Positions 37,801-50,665 of a DNA stretch of 64,000 nt are shown here, piece by piece (position 1 is the stretch's first letter; each line of letters starts with the position of its first letter). Location: positions 124,001-188,000 of the forward strand of contig JAQGDQ010000006.1 in NCBI GenBank assembly GCA_030141605.1. Reading direction: 5' to 3'. A program made the position numbers and the translations under genes. The notes beneath the pieces are model-generated. The model saw only the letters and a program-made list of their open reading frames with translations. It was not told the DNA's origin and did not search any database. Origin of the DNA: Tubiluchus corallicola (Eukaryota; Animalia; Priapulida).

Positions 37801-38524
37801 AACATGCATTATAGTTTTCACATTCAAGCTGTGTTACGGGAGCGGCAATATCCTTGTTATATTGAAAACGAGACTTCAGAACCGTTTTTTAGCTGATATC
37901 ACGTTGCTGATCGGTAAAAGCATGCAAGTAGTATTGCTGAAACTATCGCTTCAAAATTTCAAATATCACAGCCCGGCAAATTTGATTTTTAAAAAGGGGA
38001 GATAAGAAGAACGAGACATACATACTATATCTGCCACGGGCATGTGTTAACGTGTTTACCTGCATAATGCATATCTGGTGATCCACGATTTATTTTTATC
38101 AACCCTAACTGCAGTTATCACAAATCGGACAGTCACATCTATTTCTATATAAGGAAAGGACTATTTTTTCCGTCTCATTAAGGTAATCGCTGATAATAGA
38201 AACAATTGTGAAATGATACAGACTGCATACAGAGAACAAAAAATGAATACAGTATAGAACATGGTTTCCATAAAAACATAAATACATCCTAGAATATGTA
38301 ACTAGAGATCCCTCAGTAGATGGCATAGTTATCCCAATGAGAACACAGACGTGGAGACTACTGCAAAAATGTATTTTCTGAATTTTCACTTAAAATGATA
38401 TTAAATTTCTGATAAAAACACAATCACAATCACACAATATTCATGCCACTCACGCTCGAATGTTATTTTAACTAAAATGTATTTTTCCCTTTGACATGGA
38501 TTGAAATATTAACCTAAAAGAATA

Positions 38525-38896
38525 CTAGATGTCTGTGAAGAAACAGGGCCATCTCGTACCGTACGTATTTAACCACATACGGGCATAGTAGTTGTTATCA
38601 TCTGACACCCTGCTAATGAATCATATCGCTTAGCTGCCACTGGCGTTAATCGATCGCACAAACCTGGAGTCGTTGGTATACACGTATTACGGAATTTTGC
38701 TATACGCGAATCTTGAAAAAGTTGTAAAAATTAAAATCTGCCCCAATTGACCCTAAATTTTACAGGCTCCGAACTTGAACCATGCCCAACCACTGTGCGC
38801 GGTATCAACTTCCTACATTATTCAAGAAACGAGAATAAGAGGCGGCAGACGAACAAACGGAAAGACAACGAATCTATAATTCTATATATCTATAGG
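38525..38896 (-). mobile_element. Non-autonomous Helitron-like element
   Basis: The minus strand starts (c)CTATAGATATATAGAA, followed by a GTCT/GTTT-type degenerate microsatellite. It has a GC-richer subterminal palindromic region and ends CTAG|T. Confidence 0.55.
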
Positions 38897-41800
38897 TACC
38901 CACTTTATTGGGCTAACTATAATGAAGACAAGTTTGCAGCGCCACTCCCTTTAATCTAAACTTGAGTTCGCGTCAACTACATAATTACGAATTTTTGCTA
39001 CAACTTATTAAACAAGATCGCATAAACAGTTACGAAAACAAAGAGCAGGCGATCGAAAATTTCCGCACGGATTACACTAACTAACGCTTGTTGTCAGCAA
39101 CTGTCTAGTGGTTTTAAAACCAATTCCAAACCCAAAAGATGAACACATGAAAACTCGACAGCCACGAAACGTCAGCGAATTCATGACCATAATAAAAATA
39201 CCCTTACAGAAAAACTGAACTTGACATAAAATCGAAATTTACAATTTACATGAGGCGGGCGTGCATTACAAAACAATAAAGCATTGCGTTCCAGTTTAGT
39301 TTAGTTTACTATAAGCATGTCACTTCAGCTTTGCTACAGTAAATCACAGATTTTGCTCGGCACATACAATAAGATTGACAGGGATCATATGTTTTTTTAT
39401 CGCTTGCGGTCAGGTGACTGAAGAATCCAATTCGCAAAAGTCCGGCAACTCACTCCAGTTCAATGTATACATTGCAAAAATGGAACCGAGTCTGGACAGT
39501 GTAAAGGCCGGCTAGTCTTGGGCTAGGACAGTTGCCAATGCGCATTAGCCACAAGATTTGTTAAAATGTACAAATCGTGAAGTATGTTAGAACTTCATAG
39601 GAGCAAAAAAATAGCTGAGAGGTCAAGGTGTGTGTTTAGCGAACAATAGAAGATCTACGTTTGTAGCTAACCATAGGTCAGTATTCCTTCTAAGATTTAA
39701 TCTGTCATACTGTCCCTTTCCAAGTTATACGTATACGCATCAGATGTATACGACCACTGAGCTCCACCTACTATTTTAGTATCTCTCGTCTCAGAGGATC
39801 TAATATATAAATTTACATAATTTAGATAACTTATATATATACAAAATAGAATGTAAGAAATTTAAACCGTGACAGTATAGAAATGGTTATGCATTTGATA
39901 CACGTGCGACTGGTTATAAATATGTAACATTTGCATGATCGAACTACGCTAATAATTACACAGAGAATAAGTGAATAAGTTCAGTCATTGCACATGATAC
40001 TTATCTCTTTGAGTCTAGAAGACAATGAGTGGAAAGCCAATAGATGGCACTCATTTTACCTGCAAGGCCACCTCTAAGACGTTGTCACACTGCGCCTACA
40101 TTAGTCTACTACAAAATTGTACTCCGCTATAATTCACATACCTTCTCCGTGCATCTTTTTCTCCTGAAAATTCTTCTAAGGTTAAAGCAACAGCATTTGC
40201 ACGTTGCTTCTTCGTCAGGTTGTGAATGACGGTCATTCATTTTCTTGCTTAATTATTATAATCATGGCCAAATAAATTTATTGGACGTGATTTCATAGCA
40301 TAGGATACCATGTAACTAATGTAACTAACTAACGCGTTGCAACGGTAACGATTATTTACGTGTTTATATACAGTAATTTGCATTTGAATGACGCAACGCA
40401 TTGTGTAAGCTGTCGTGACAACACTTGAAATTTGCACCCAAAGGGGCGCGCTCTGCAAAACAACAAAATGTTTTAATTTTGATAAGCAACATAACCTATA
40501 AGACTAGCTGCCTAAAATTGTTTTCCCCACCCATTTAACAGCAATGCTCTGCTATGAAAGTCCGCGTCTCAGTACTCTGGCTGGCAAAAGACCAGATAAC
40601 CAGTCTTTAATATCAACAACATCGCAGCAAGAGATTCACATATTTTTGATTACGCTTACCAATAAAACTGCAATAATTTATTGCAGACGCATGCTGGTAT
40701 ATTTACCGTTATCCTTCACCCAGAAAGGTCATCAGCTAGCATTTAAGAGTTCACGGGAAGCCAGCCAGTGCTCGATGATTGCATATAGGGTCTATTTCTG
40801 TCTTGTCACTGCGCTATTTCCAGATGGTGCGAACAAAACTCTGCATTCAAATAGTCAGTTAGGTTAGCGACAAATAATTCATTATAATGCCTACGTGTCG
40901 AGAGTACGTGATACTAAACAAATCTGTTTTGGTTTTAACTATAAAAAAATATGTAATTGCGAAATTTCGCTTTAAAGACTAAAAATCAACTTACACTTGA
41001 AAGTCAATCCTATGGCAGTATCTGACGAAAAGGCATCTGATATGAGCAAAATATAATAATAATAATAATAATAACAATCTAATAATAATAATTTTCTACG
41101 GTTAATGACCAAAATCAATGCAAATGCTATAAAATCATCAGGAAAGTGTCTTCATTTAGCTGCAAGTTTTTTAATATAGCGACAGAGATACAAGATTTTT
41201 GTAGAAACAACAGAATCCATTATTCGACAGCCCAGGTCAAACATTCAAGTTCAACATTTTAATGACGTTACAAGATGCAAGCAAGTCTGCTGATAAAAGC
41301 TGAAGACTGTGACTGTGAAGGCTAACAAAATGTGACAGACTAAAGGTAAAACTTATAGAAAAAGGCTGTGATATTTAAAAGGACAGCATAATATTATTTT
41401 TTCTGTTCAATAATTTAAGCTAAAAGTGGTGGCATTTTTTGTTTGAAATATGGTAAGTGAAACTGAAATGTATAAATGTATTCCTGTTAACCTTGCAGGA
41501 ACCGGGAAAGCAACTTGCAAATTTCACATAAGCATCAAGAGTGATGGCAGAAAAGCAGCCATGCTATAGTGTTGCTGCTGCTGCTTTTCCGGGTGCATAA
41601 TCACATGCTTTCAATAGAAATCACCATAAACACATAACAGCTGGAAGGCGGATTGCTTTACTCCGACGCAGATCAGTGAAGCCATAAAGAGGAATTCCCT
41701 CCCATGCGATCAAAGTATCTCCACCTGTTGACAGCAACACGTATTTAATCCACTGATGTTGGCGTAAAAATCGCAAAGTAGAAAATTTTAACGCCTGCAA

Positions 41801-42414
41801 AGTCTAGTCATTACTCGTAGTTATTGACAACAAAATTAGCTAACAGGATTTGTTAGTTCACTTGTAAAATCATGTATTTTCCAAGGTTTACTTTATTTAC
41901 ACAAGAATGTATGTAAAGCAGTTTAATGGCAATTACGTCAAAGAGCACTTGTTTACATTAAGTTCAAATTCAAAGCACTTTTGGAAGGTTATTTCTTGCC
42001 AACCGGTGTTTAGTAATGATACAGTAATTATTTGTTAATACTAACTGTATCTGCGGGTCAGGGGCGGATTCACTAAACTTCTTACGAACAGGTTTGAAAA
42101 CATTTCGTAAGGGCGCATAAAAATCCATGGTACACTGAACTGAAGTTTTACACAAACTGCGGTATGTATTCACACTACATTATAGACATAATTATGACTC
42201 GTGTTTTGCTGTTTAAATCCCGTCTTAAAATAAACTATTACTCACTTACTTCGCGGTACACTTATTACGTAATAATTAAATCTCATGTCTGTGACTCCTC
42301 TAATTTTGATGCAAGATCGTCACTCATGCATTAATTTTTTCTTCTGTGCTAGCAAACTTTGCCGTTGCGCACACTAAACTTGTCTAGTTTCGCGATGGCG
42401 AAAAGCCAACAATC

Positions 42415-42548
42415 GCATTGTTTTTCAAGACACGGTTATGCTGTACATATATTGTATAGTACAAGAATTACTGTATGTACGGCATTGTTTTTCAAGACAC
42501 GGTTATGCTGTACATATATTGTATAGTACAAGAATTACTGTATGTACG
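42415..42548. repeat. Perfect 67-bp tandem duplication
   Basis: gcattgtttttcaagacacggttatgctgtacatatattgtatagtacaagaattactgtatgtacg occurs twice. Confidence 0.95.
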
Positions 42549-42754
42549 CATTCACAATCAAACTTGAAGTTATGGAGCACGTGTGTATTGCGCTTGCTGT
42601 ATAATTGTTGATTTCAGCTACTGAAGTAATAATGGTGCATCCATCGTTTTTGTCGTTATTTTCATAACAACAAATTACCATCATAAAAATATTTCTTTGT
42701 TTATTCTGTATATTGCTACGAAATGAAATGTCAAAAAATTATAATAAAATGTAG

Positions 42755-43285
42755 TATAATTGTTCCAATTGCATTTAATAGTAATTACCTAGTGAATCCT
42801 TGGTTTCTGTAGCTTATGTATTTTTTTCACTCATTTTCACTTAGCTTTAGTTTTAAGTGTTTTGTTTTTATCAGTCTAATTAAATTGTTTTGTTATCACC
42901 ATCCTGGCTCAGCAATAATGCAATAATTGTTATATTTATACATTGAGTTTTATCATTGTCATTCTTACAATGAAAAGCATTATAATTGTTCCAATTGCAT
43001 TTAGTAGTAATTACTCAGTGAATCCTTGGTTCATGTGGTTTACGTAATTTTTTCCACTCATTTTCTTTAGCTTTAGTTTTAAGTGTTTTGTTTTTATCAG
43101 TCTAAATAAACTGTTTTGTTATCACCATCCTGGCTCTGCAATAATTGTTATAATTATGCACTGAGTCTTATCATTGTCATTCTGTCATCATTATCACGTC
43201 ATCATCAGCATCATTAGATCATCATCATTGTTATTACAACATTATTATCACCATAACCATCATGTTAACGTCGTCATCACCGTCG
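42755..43285. repeat. Diverged ~226-bp tandem duplication followed by a degenerate (ATC)n tract
   Basis: tataattgttccaattgcattta...gtgaatccttgg...caccatcctggctc occurs at about 42755 and 42981; atcatc-rich tail at 43183-43285. Confidence 0.88.
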
Positions 43286-44501
43286 CTACAAAAATTAATT
43301 ACAAGTTAAATTTTTTTGGTATTTGAATTCTTCATTATCTTTTTATGTCGTGTACACTTGAATGCTGATGCTTGTAACTTCACATTGTTAGTCTTAAAAA
43401 AAATTTTGGAGCTCCAGCATGCCACCCAGCATCAAATGTCAATTCTGCTTGTAAATAAATAAAACTGCAAATTAGGAATTGTCAAGTTGGAATCCATTCA
43501 GGCCTGTGTAAAATTGACAGTACACGCATTCAAGTATTATAATAAAGATACCACTGCTGCTGTACTTCTATTTGAGGTTGTCAACTGTTGGTTTTGTATC
43601 CCTTTGAGTACCTTATTATATGAGACTGAAAACTGCAATCCTGTTACGTCAAGTTCATTATAAAAAATACAAAATTTTGTTTGTTATCTTGTCATCAGTT
43701 GTATTGTGTTTCAATTAACATTAACCGTAAAATATTAAAAAGGCAAAAAATTCTGTTAATGCGCTTTTGGCTCAATTTTTAAAAAAATATTTTTAAAATT
43801 TAAAGCAGTTTATTTATCCAACCACTGTAATTTTTTGTACACTAAATCAATTTTTATATAATATAGTTTTTTCAAGCTATGCTATTTGTTCAATGTAGAC
43901 ACTGATAGTGACAATAAAATTCAAGTACCCATATAAGCTTTATTGTGCAATCATCGAGTGCCACCCGCTGATAAGAAAAAGCAGTACCCTTTGAAAGATT
44001 TATCAGTTACTCAGATATGCAGCGAGTGTTGTTTTAGAAATAGTTTTGTGGTTGAATTCTGTAAAAACTGCAGTTTACTTAACTGATGGACACAAGTTTT
44101 TTGCATAAAAACATATAGTATCATCACTGGAAAAACCTTTAGAAAATAAAAGTGAACCAAGTAGAAGTCTAAATAGAACGAACAGATGATCTTTGTACTG
44201 TAGCACGGTAGATGCTCACTCTGTGAAAATGTTTGATTATAAACTTAAAAAAAAATTAATTTATTAAACTTTCGTAAATTTAGTCACGACTAATAACTTT
44301 GAGAGCTTCTAGTCTCAGTGGCCTTTTCCATTCAATAAACTGTCTTTATATATATAATTAATTATGATTTTGTATTTATACAGTTTTTCTGTAATGGTAT
44401 GTCTTTTTGTTGAAGGAATAAATACAAATACAATTGTGTTTTAAACTGAAAAACATAAGAAATCCAGAACATTGAAAATGAAAAGTTATCCGATGATGCG
44501 T

Positions 44502-46730
44502 TGTTACAACTGATAATGTAATAAACGCCCGATAATGTAATAACGGAAAAATTAATGCATAATGTAAGAAAAATCAACGCATAATGTAAGACACCCAAAA
44601 CGCGTAATGTAATAACACGAAGTTTAACGCATATTGTAACACAACAAAAATGCATTTATAATGTAATAAGAAATTCTAACTGATTTATGTAATAACTAGC
44701 TGAAGTAATGTTGCTTCGTACCATAGGTGTAGGGCTGTGGGAATGGTATCCTCCCTTTCGCTATTACTACGGTTCGTCTCTATTATGTTTCCCACTAGTA
44801 TGATTCGCTAGTGGTATGTTTCGCCACTACTACCTTTTCCCAGTAAAATTTTTCTACTATGTTAAAACCTGATCCATAATCAAATTGTTTTTTGTTCATC
44901 AGTGGTATAGTTCGCCAGAATTAACGTTTTTTTTGTTTTTTTGCGGCTCAACTCATAGATATGACGACAATTTTTGTGGATAACTTTTAAATCTTCACCC
45001 ACATGGAGAGCACCAAAACTTGAATGAAAATAGTAAATGTCCTACACTGTACGACACTATAATGAAAGGGTCACAGTAGTAGACCACAACTTTCAGATGT
45101 CAGCTTCATGCCATTTTGTATATGTTAATAAATGCCAGCGGTTGTAGGAGTAATCGGCCGCAGCGATGCAACCTTTTATAGGTGGCATCTTGCATGGACA
45201 GACAATCAACAGGACTGGCCATCTTGATACGTGGTGCTTCTGCCTTGAGTAATATAAAGGTAAATTAAACAACGGTACCATTAAATTTTGGCTTTCGTAG
45301 GCCCAATGGCAAGACAGGGTCGGGACAAGTGATTATGAGGTGCTAGTCACGTGACTCCGAACGGCTTCCTTCAAGAGTTATGGCTTCCCAAGTTTAGTGA
45401 CGTCGATAATCTTGTCCACATATTTTTCATAGTACCAACATGGTTGTGGAGAGTTAGTTTGGCAACTCTTGTGAGTCACCTCGTTGGATAGACAACTGAT
45501 GGGATAATGACCACTGGCAACCATCTTGGTAGGTGATTGTTAAACAATGGTGTCTTAAAATTTTGGTCCTCGACCGCTTAAAGGCCCACAGGCCTGATAA
45601 GCATAGTGTAGGTCTTTACTGAGTGGCCTTGTTCGCACCTGCTTATTGCTCCAACAGCTTATTTAGGCAGCTACCTATATTCATTCCTTTACACAATATA
45701 CAATATTATAACAGCAGGAAGATAACAAGCTGAAAACACATGCTGACCCTTTAACTGTTGATTGAATTTAATTGTAATCACAGTTTTTGTACTTTGCAAT
45801 AACCCTATCGCCGAATTCAAGGTGATTTTCACCCGCAAATTCGCAACAGCCCATTCAGTGGGTTACTTTATGGGCTGTTATAATTGTTGAAGCCTGTGAA
45901 CGAAAAAGCGCGGGAAGCTGATGGGCTTCACGACTTCGGCGACTATCTGAAAATGTCTAAAAGTCCAACAGTCGCCAAACATGTACCAAACGTTCGCCAA
46001 ACAATTGCAAAAACATTCACAGGTGTTCGCCATTGTCGTCAAAAGGTTGGCGGATTTAGAAAAAATTGAAAATTTAAAGGTTGTCGCCGGAGTCGCAAAC
46101 CACTTCGCCAAACTGTCGTAAAGTGTTGTAACGTGCACGAAATGTGCGCAAATTTCACGTACATTATTCGCGATGTTTATCAACAATTTGAAAATTCTCA
46201 AAAACTTGGTGAACAAATTGCGACGCTTCTGAGAATTTTGCGACGACTTTGCGCCTATTTTTCAGCGTTTCTAAAAACCTCGTTTGTCCCGCACTTCTGC
46301 GAAAATTCCCTGAAATTGTCGTGAAATGATCGCAATATACTCGACAAGGCGAATGTCACGTGTCGCAGAAGTCACAAACATGCAGTACGAATTTCGTGCA
46401 ACATCCTCGTGATTTTCGCTGGAGAAAAAAGCCCGAAACTCGCAGAAATGTGGAGAACTTTGCACGAATGAACTGCGGCAAAACACAGTCGAGGGAACGT
46501 TTTGACAACTGCTGGACTTAGAGAAATTTCAATCGACGCAAAAAAGTCTGGTCGTGAAACCCTTTCTTAATATGTTCATATTCCAAAAAACAAAAATTAC
46601 TTTACTATATATAAGAAAATTGTACCAAGTAACATTAATCTCTTCTAGTTATTACATCTGTGGTGTTACAATATGTGTTAATTTTTTGTTATTACATTAC
46701 CGGGCGTTTATTACATTACCAGTTGTAACA
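44502..46730. mobile_element. Foldback-type DNA element with long TGT...ACA inverted repeats built of aatgtaataa units
   Basis: Left end tgttacaactgataatgtaataaacgcccgataatgtaataac; the right end reverse-complements to tgttacaactggtaatgtaataaacgcccggtaatgtaataac. The flanks tgatgcgt and tgcagcgt match at 6 of 8 positions (possible decayed 8-bp TSD). Confidence 0.8.
45923..46562. mobile_element. CpG-rich MITE (Harbinger-like ends) nested inside 44502-46730
   Basis: Inverted ends gggcttcacgac and gtcgtgaaaccc. The interior is dense in tcgc/gcga motifs, unlike the surroundings. Confidence 0.6.
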
Positions 46731-47140
46731 TGCAGCGTGTCCTTGCACATGCGTACATTACAAATATCATGTAGCTTTATGAAATCCACACGCGAATAAA
46801 AATTAACGGCTAATAAAATCAGCAAGTGAAAAGAATTAAAAGTTCTAAGTACAGTAAATGCTAGTTAACAAAATATATTTACTCATATGTAGCATTATTT
46901 TGAAAATTTAAATGTAGGACTATAGTCACAGCTTATTTAAACAAATTACGCAGTTTATTTTAATCACATACTAAAATTGCAACATTACCAAAGCTCCAAT
47001 GTAAGTTCTCTTATGTAGCTTATCGCTGCTTACGTAACTTACGTAGGTAAATTTTATAGTTTATGCACGAAATGCACAAACACGCATCAATCTGCTCATG
47101 TTTTGCAGCCTTTTAAATTTTACTCCGCATATTGTTTAGT

Positions 47141-48121
47141 AAAAATGTAGGTAAAAATTGCACAGGAAAAATGGCACAAATAGAAAAGTAGGCAAAAATG
47201 ACACAAGAAAACTGGTAGGAAAAACGGTACGGTAAAAATGACACAGAAAAAAAAGACACAGGGAAAAATGGCACACTTAGTAATATATATGCTTAGGGTT
47301 AGGGTTAAAGTGACATATAATTATTTTAGCTCTGCTGAGGAAGCTCAGCGCAGTTTGTTTGCTTGTCTGTTGTGACAGTAAGCCTATTACTCAAAAATTA
47401 TCTAACAGACTTCGAAGAAACTTTGTGAAGAAAAGTGAGTATAGTGTGCCAAAATGGGAATCTTTTCGCTGGTTCTTTTTTCTCAAAACTTGACAGAACA
47501 CCACATACAAGAAAACATTCGTGAAGCACTTTGTGGCGATCTTAGAGAGAGTGTTTAGTACTACGTTTGGTTCCAGATGCATTTCCAGAAATTCTCTATA
47601 ACCTTTGCTTATTAATGCATACAGCCTTATAAGTTGATAAACACCATGTAGAACATTCGTGCATTATTAATTATAAATCCATTTAATGAACCAATATTTT
47701 GCATTTGCTAGATACCAATACTTGTACATTTTTGTATATTTGCTTGTTTATCTTTGAGTTAGATTTTTTGAATCAAAAGAATCGGACGAATAAGATTGGG
47801 ATTGTTCAGCTTTGGCAGAAATCTGCTTCCTACTGAGCGCATTATAGTTTTATTATAGAAATCAACTGCATCAAAATAAGGTGGTATATGCCATTTTTTC
47901 TTATTTTTCCATTTGTGCCATTTTTACCATGTCATTTTTTTCTGACTTTTCCTTTTGCGCTATTTTTTTCCTGTGGCATTTTTATTATGCCATTTTTTCC
48001 TACTTCTCCATTACTGACCATTAGTGCCATTTTTCCTGTGCCATTTTTACCCGTGTCATTTTACCATGCCATTTTTTTCCTGTGCCGTTGTTATCTGTGT
48101 CATTTTTACCCCGTACCATTT
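47141..48121. mobile_element. Foldback MITE with inverted minisatellite arms (ggaaaaatggcaca)n / (tgtgccatttttcc)n
   Basis: Left array 47141-47276 and right array 47888-48121 are in opposite orientation; ttagggttagggtta follows the left arm. Confidence 0.8.
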
Positions 48122-50566
48122 AGTACGCGACTACGCGCCGTACGCGGCCTGCTATACATGATTGTCACGTGATCTCCCGAGCAATTTTGACTCGCGGGCC
48201 AATCACAGCGTGTTTTACAAAATTTTATTCAAATGCATTTTAATGCTGCGCTCGTGCAACTAGTTCTTAGCTAAGAAGTTCGTAAGAAGCGCTTTTAAGA
48301 AACTTAAATTAGAAACTTTAGAAACGTGTTAAGAAACTTCTTACGAACGTGTTAGTGTATCCGGCCCCTGATTCATGTACGCGACGCGCAAATTTATGTC
48401 TGCATTCTTGCCAGACTTACTTCATAAACATAAACAACAGACGGGATTTAGAAGCACTTTTCCTCCCGACTTACTCTTATTTATAAAAGCCTGACACGAT
48501 ATATGGGTACTAGCGCCGCAAACGAAGCAAGCTTAACAACAGCCATCGCTTACAGAACTGTTAGGCCATCGAAAATGTCACTAGGTCATCTAGCGCAATA
48601 GTGTTGTTTTTCAGGGGTAAGCGCATTAGTGTTTTAGACCTTCAAAAAATTAGAGATATCTTGGCCTTCCCCAACAGCAAATTTTAGCCCTAGTTTGTCA
48701 GTAAAATAGTAAGGCGTAAGCTATACACACCAAACTGAATCCAATTATCTAGTCTCTACAAAAAAATTCTATAAAAATTTGTACTGTCTGAGATGCACAC
48801 TCCTCAAGAAGCAACTTATAGACACACTTTGTTTATCTTATCAGTAAAATACTAAAATTGAACGACCAAAACAACTCTATTTCTCTGAGTTTTCTGCTCA
48901 TCGATTATACTGACTGAAATGTAATTTCAGGACGGAAACACCTTAGGCATCTAGTCACTGGATTAACAGGTTTAATGCAAAAATAAACACATCTTGTGCG
49001 ATATTTTCGATCAACATCAATCAAACTCGAAATTGCTCAAATAAAAAACGGGTAGTATACTTAACTGTACCATAATCCACCAGTTATTATTTATTGACTA
49101 CAAAAACTGAACTCTGCAAAACATTATTTCTCTTGGAGCATAAATGCCAAAACAGATTGCTCTTAATAACGAGGACTGATTCAATACTCAAATACTTTGA
49201 AAGCGCAATACGTTTAACATGCTAACTTGTAAGAAAATTCATATAAGACAGCAATCCGATTACTTGTAACCTCAAAATAATGACAGAATTTAGACAGGTA
49301 AATCAGGCATGAAAATAAGACATACAACTGAAATTACATACTTCTACTGACGACATGGGCCAACAATTACAAAATTTTTAAAAACAAACTTGACAGAAAG
49401 GAAGTTAAGGTGAAAAAGTCGAGACAGCCTAGATTTGAAGTAGAAACTTTTGGATTGATACAAACTTAAAACCATGACAAGCCAGACTACACAGTCCCTT
49501 GTAGGAGGCCTCCTTTTTCACCAAAACTTCCAATGACAGGGATTGCAATCCCACAAATTATCCCAACAAAACCTTAATGTAAAATTTAAAAAATTCTTAT
49601 TTAATTTATGATTTCACAACATTATTATTAGCTTAATAGAATTAGGTACACTGTATGCACACTAAGATACCTGAAATATTCACTATGGGTAGACCATTTT
49701 CACTGCAAACTACGCGAAGGCATTTTGCTCCAACAGTTTCTGCTTGACACTGTTTCTTATTTCTTTACGGAGCGTTTGGACCCAGCACTCAACAATCTTT
49801 GCCATTTCCTCTACATCAAACGGCTCTGTATGGCAGTCGTGTATACGTTCTCTGAGCATTCAACATACCATAGTTCTTAGACATAGGATAAGTTTCGTTT
49901 TTTCTTGACAACAAATCTTTATCATTACTTTATTTTTTTATTTCATTTTATACTTTATTTTCAAAGACCATGATGTAAAGAGGTCGAATTTCTTTATTAT
50001 TTTGCTCCCATATAATGAGTGTTTTAAAACGTGGCTATTTTAGTTCAGTTTCAATTGATGGTGATTACCTGACATTGCTCTGGCATTTAAATTTTTAACA
50101 TGCTATAGTTTTCTGGCCATAACTTGAAAATCTACTAAATTTATAATCTTGTAACTTCACAGAGAAAAGCTAATATTTGGTAGTATCATGCCCTAAAATT
50201 TCAATTTCGAAGAGCACTTGCTTCTAATGTTACTGGAGTCTAAATTTCGGCTTTTTTTCTGCGCCACCCGATACACATATAATATAAATATTAGAAATAT
50301 TATATAACTGCAGCACACGGCAGTAACAACATGGACTCGGTTTAGGCAAGGACTCAGACTTCAGGACTCGACTACATCACGAAGCTGCTGCCCATAACTA
50401 GAGACACTGATAATTAGGCTGGCATAATATGCATGCAATCCAATCAAATGCACATTATAAACTAATATCTAAAGGTAAATAACTAACAAAAATCGTGCAA
50501 GGATGTTCAGAAATGCTATATGAAACCCTTTGATACAACTTCCGGATATTAAACCAATATACAAAC

Positions 50567-50665
50567 CGTTTGAAGTCTCAATTCACGTCGAACATGGTAA
50601 CGGTCCCACTTATCACTGCTGTCGTCATTGTCATCAAAACTGTACGCCCCACCCCCTTTGTACAT
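50567..50665 (-). CDS. ARHGAP21: Candidate alternative first coding exon (MYKGGGAYSFDDNDDSSDKWDRYHVRRELRLQT)
   Basis: 33 open codons in a locally GC-richer island, with an ACG|GTTTGT donor in phase 0 matching the 27408 acceptor. GTTTGT is also used as a donor at 9940. Confidence 0.55.

Larger units (their letters stand above)
42061..48368. mobile_element. PIF/Harbinger-like element expanded to 6.3 kb by nested insertions
   Basis: TIR ggggcggattcactaa at 42061 vs ttagtgtatccggcccc ending 48368. Both ends share cttcttacgaac/ttcgtaag subterminal motifs. Flanked by TCA and TGA. Confidence 0.6.

Noticed and set aside
45878-48172. ORFs at 45878-46486 and 47888-48172
   Set aside because: They arise from GC-rich or periodic MITE repeats and show no transposase motifs.
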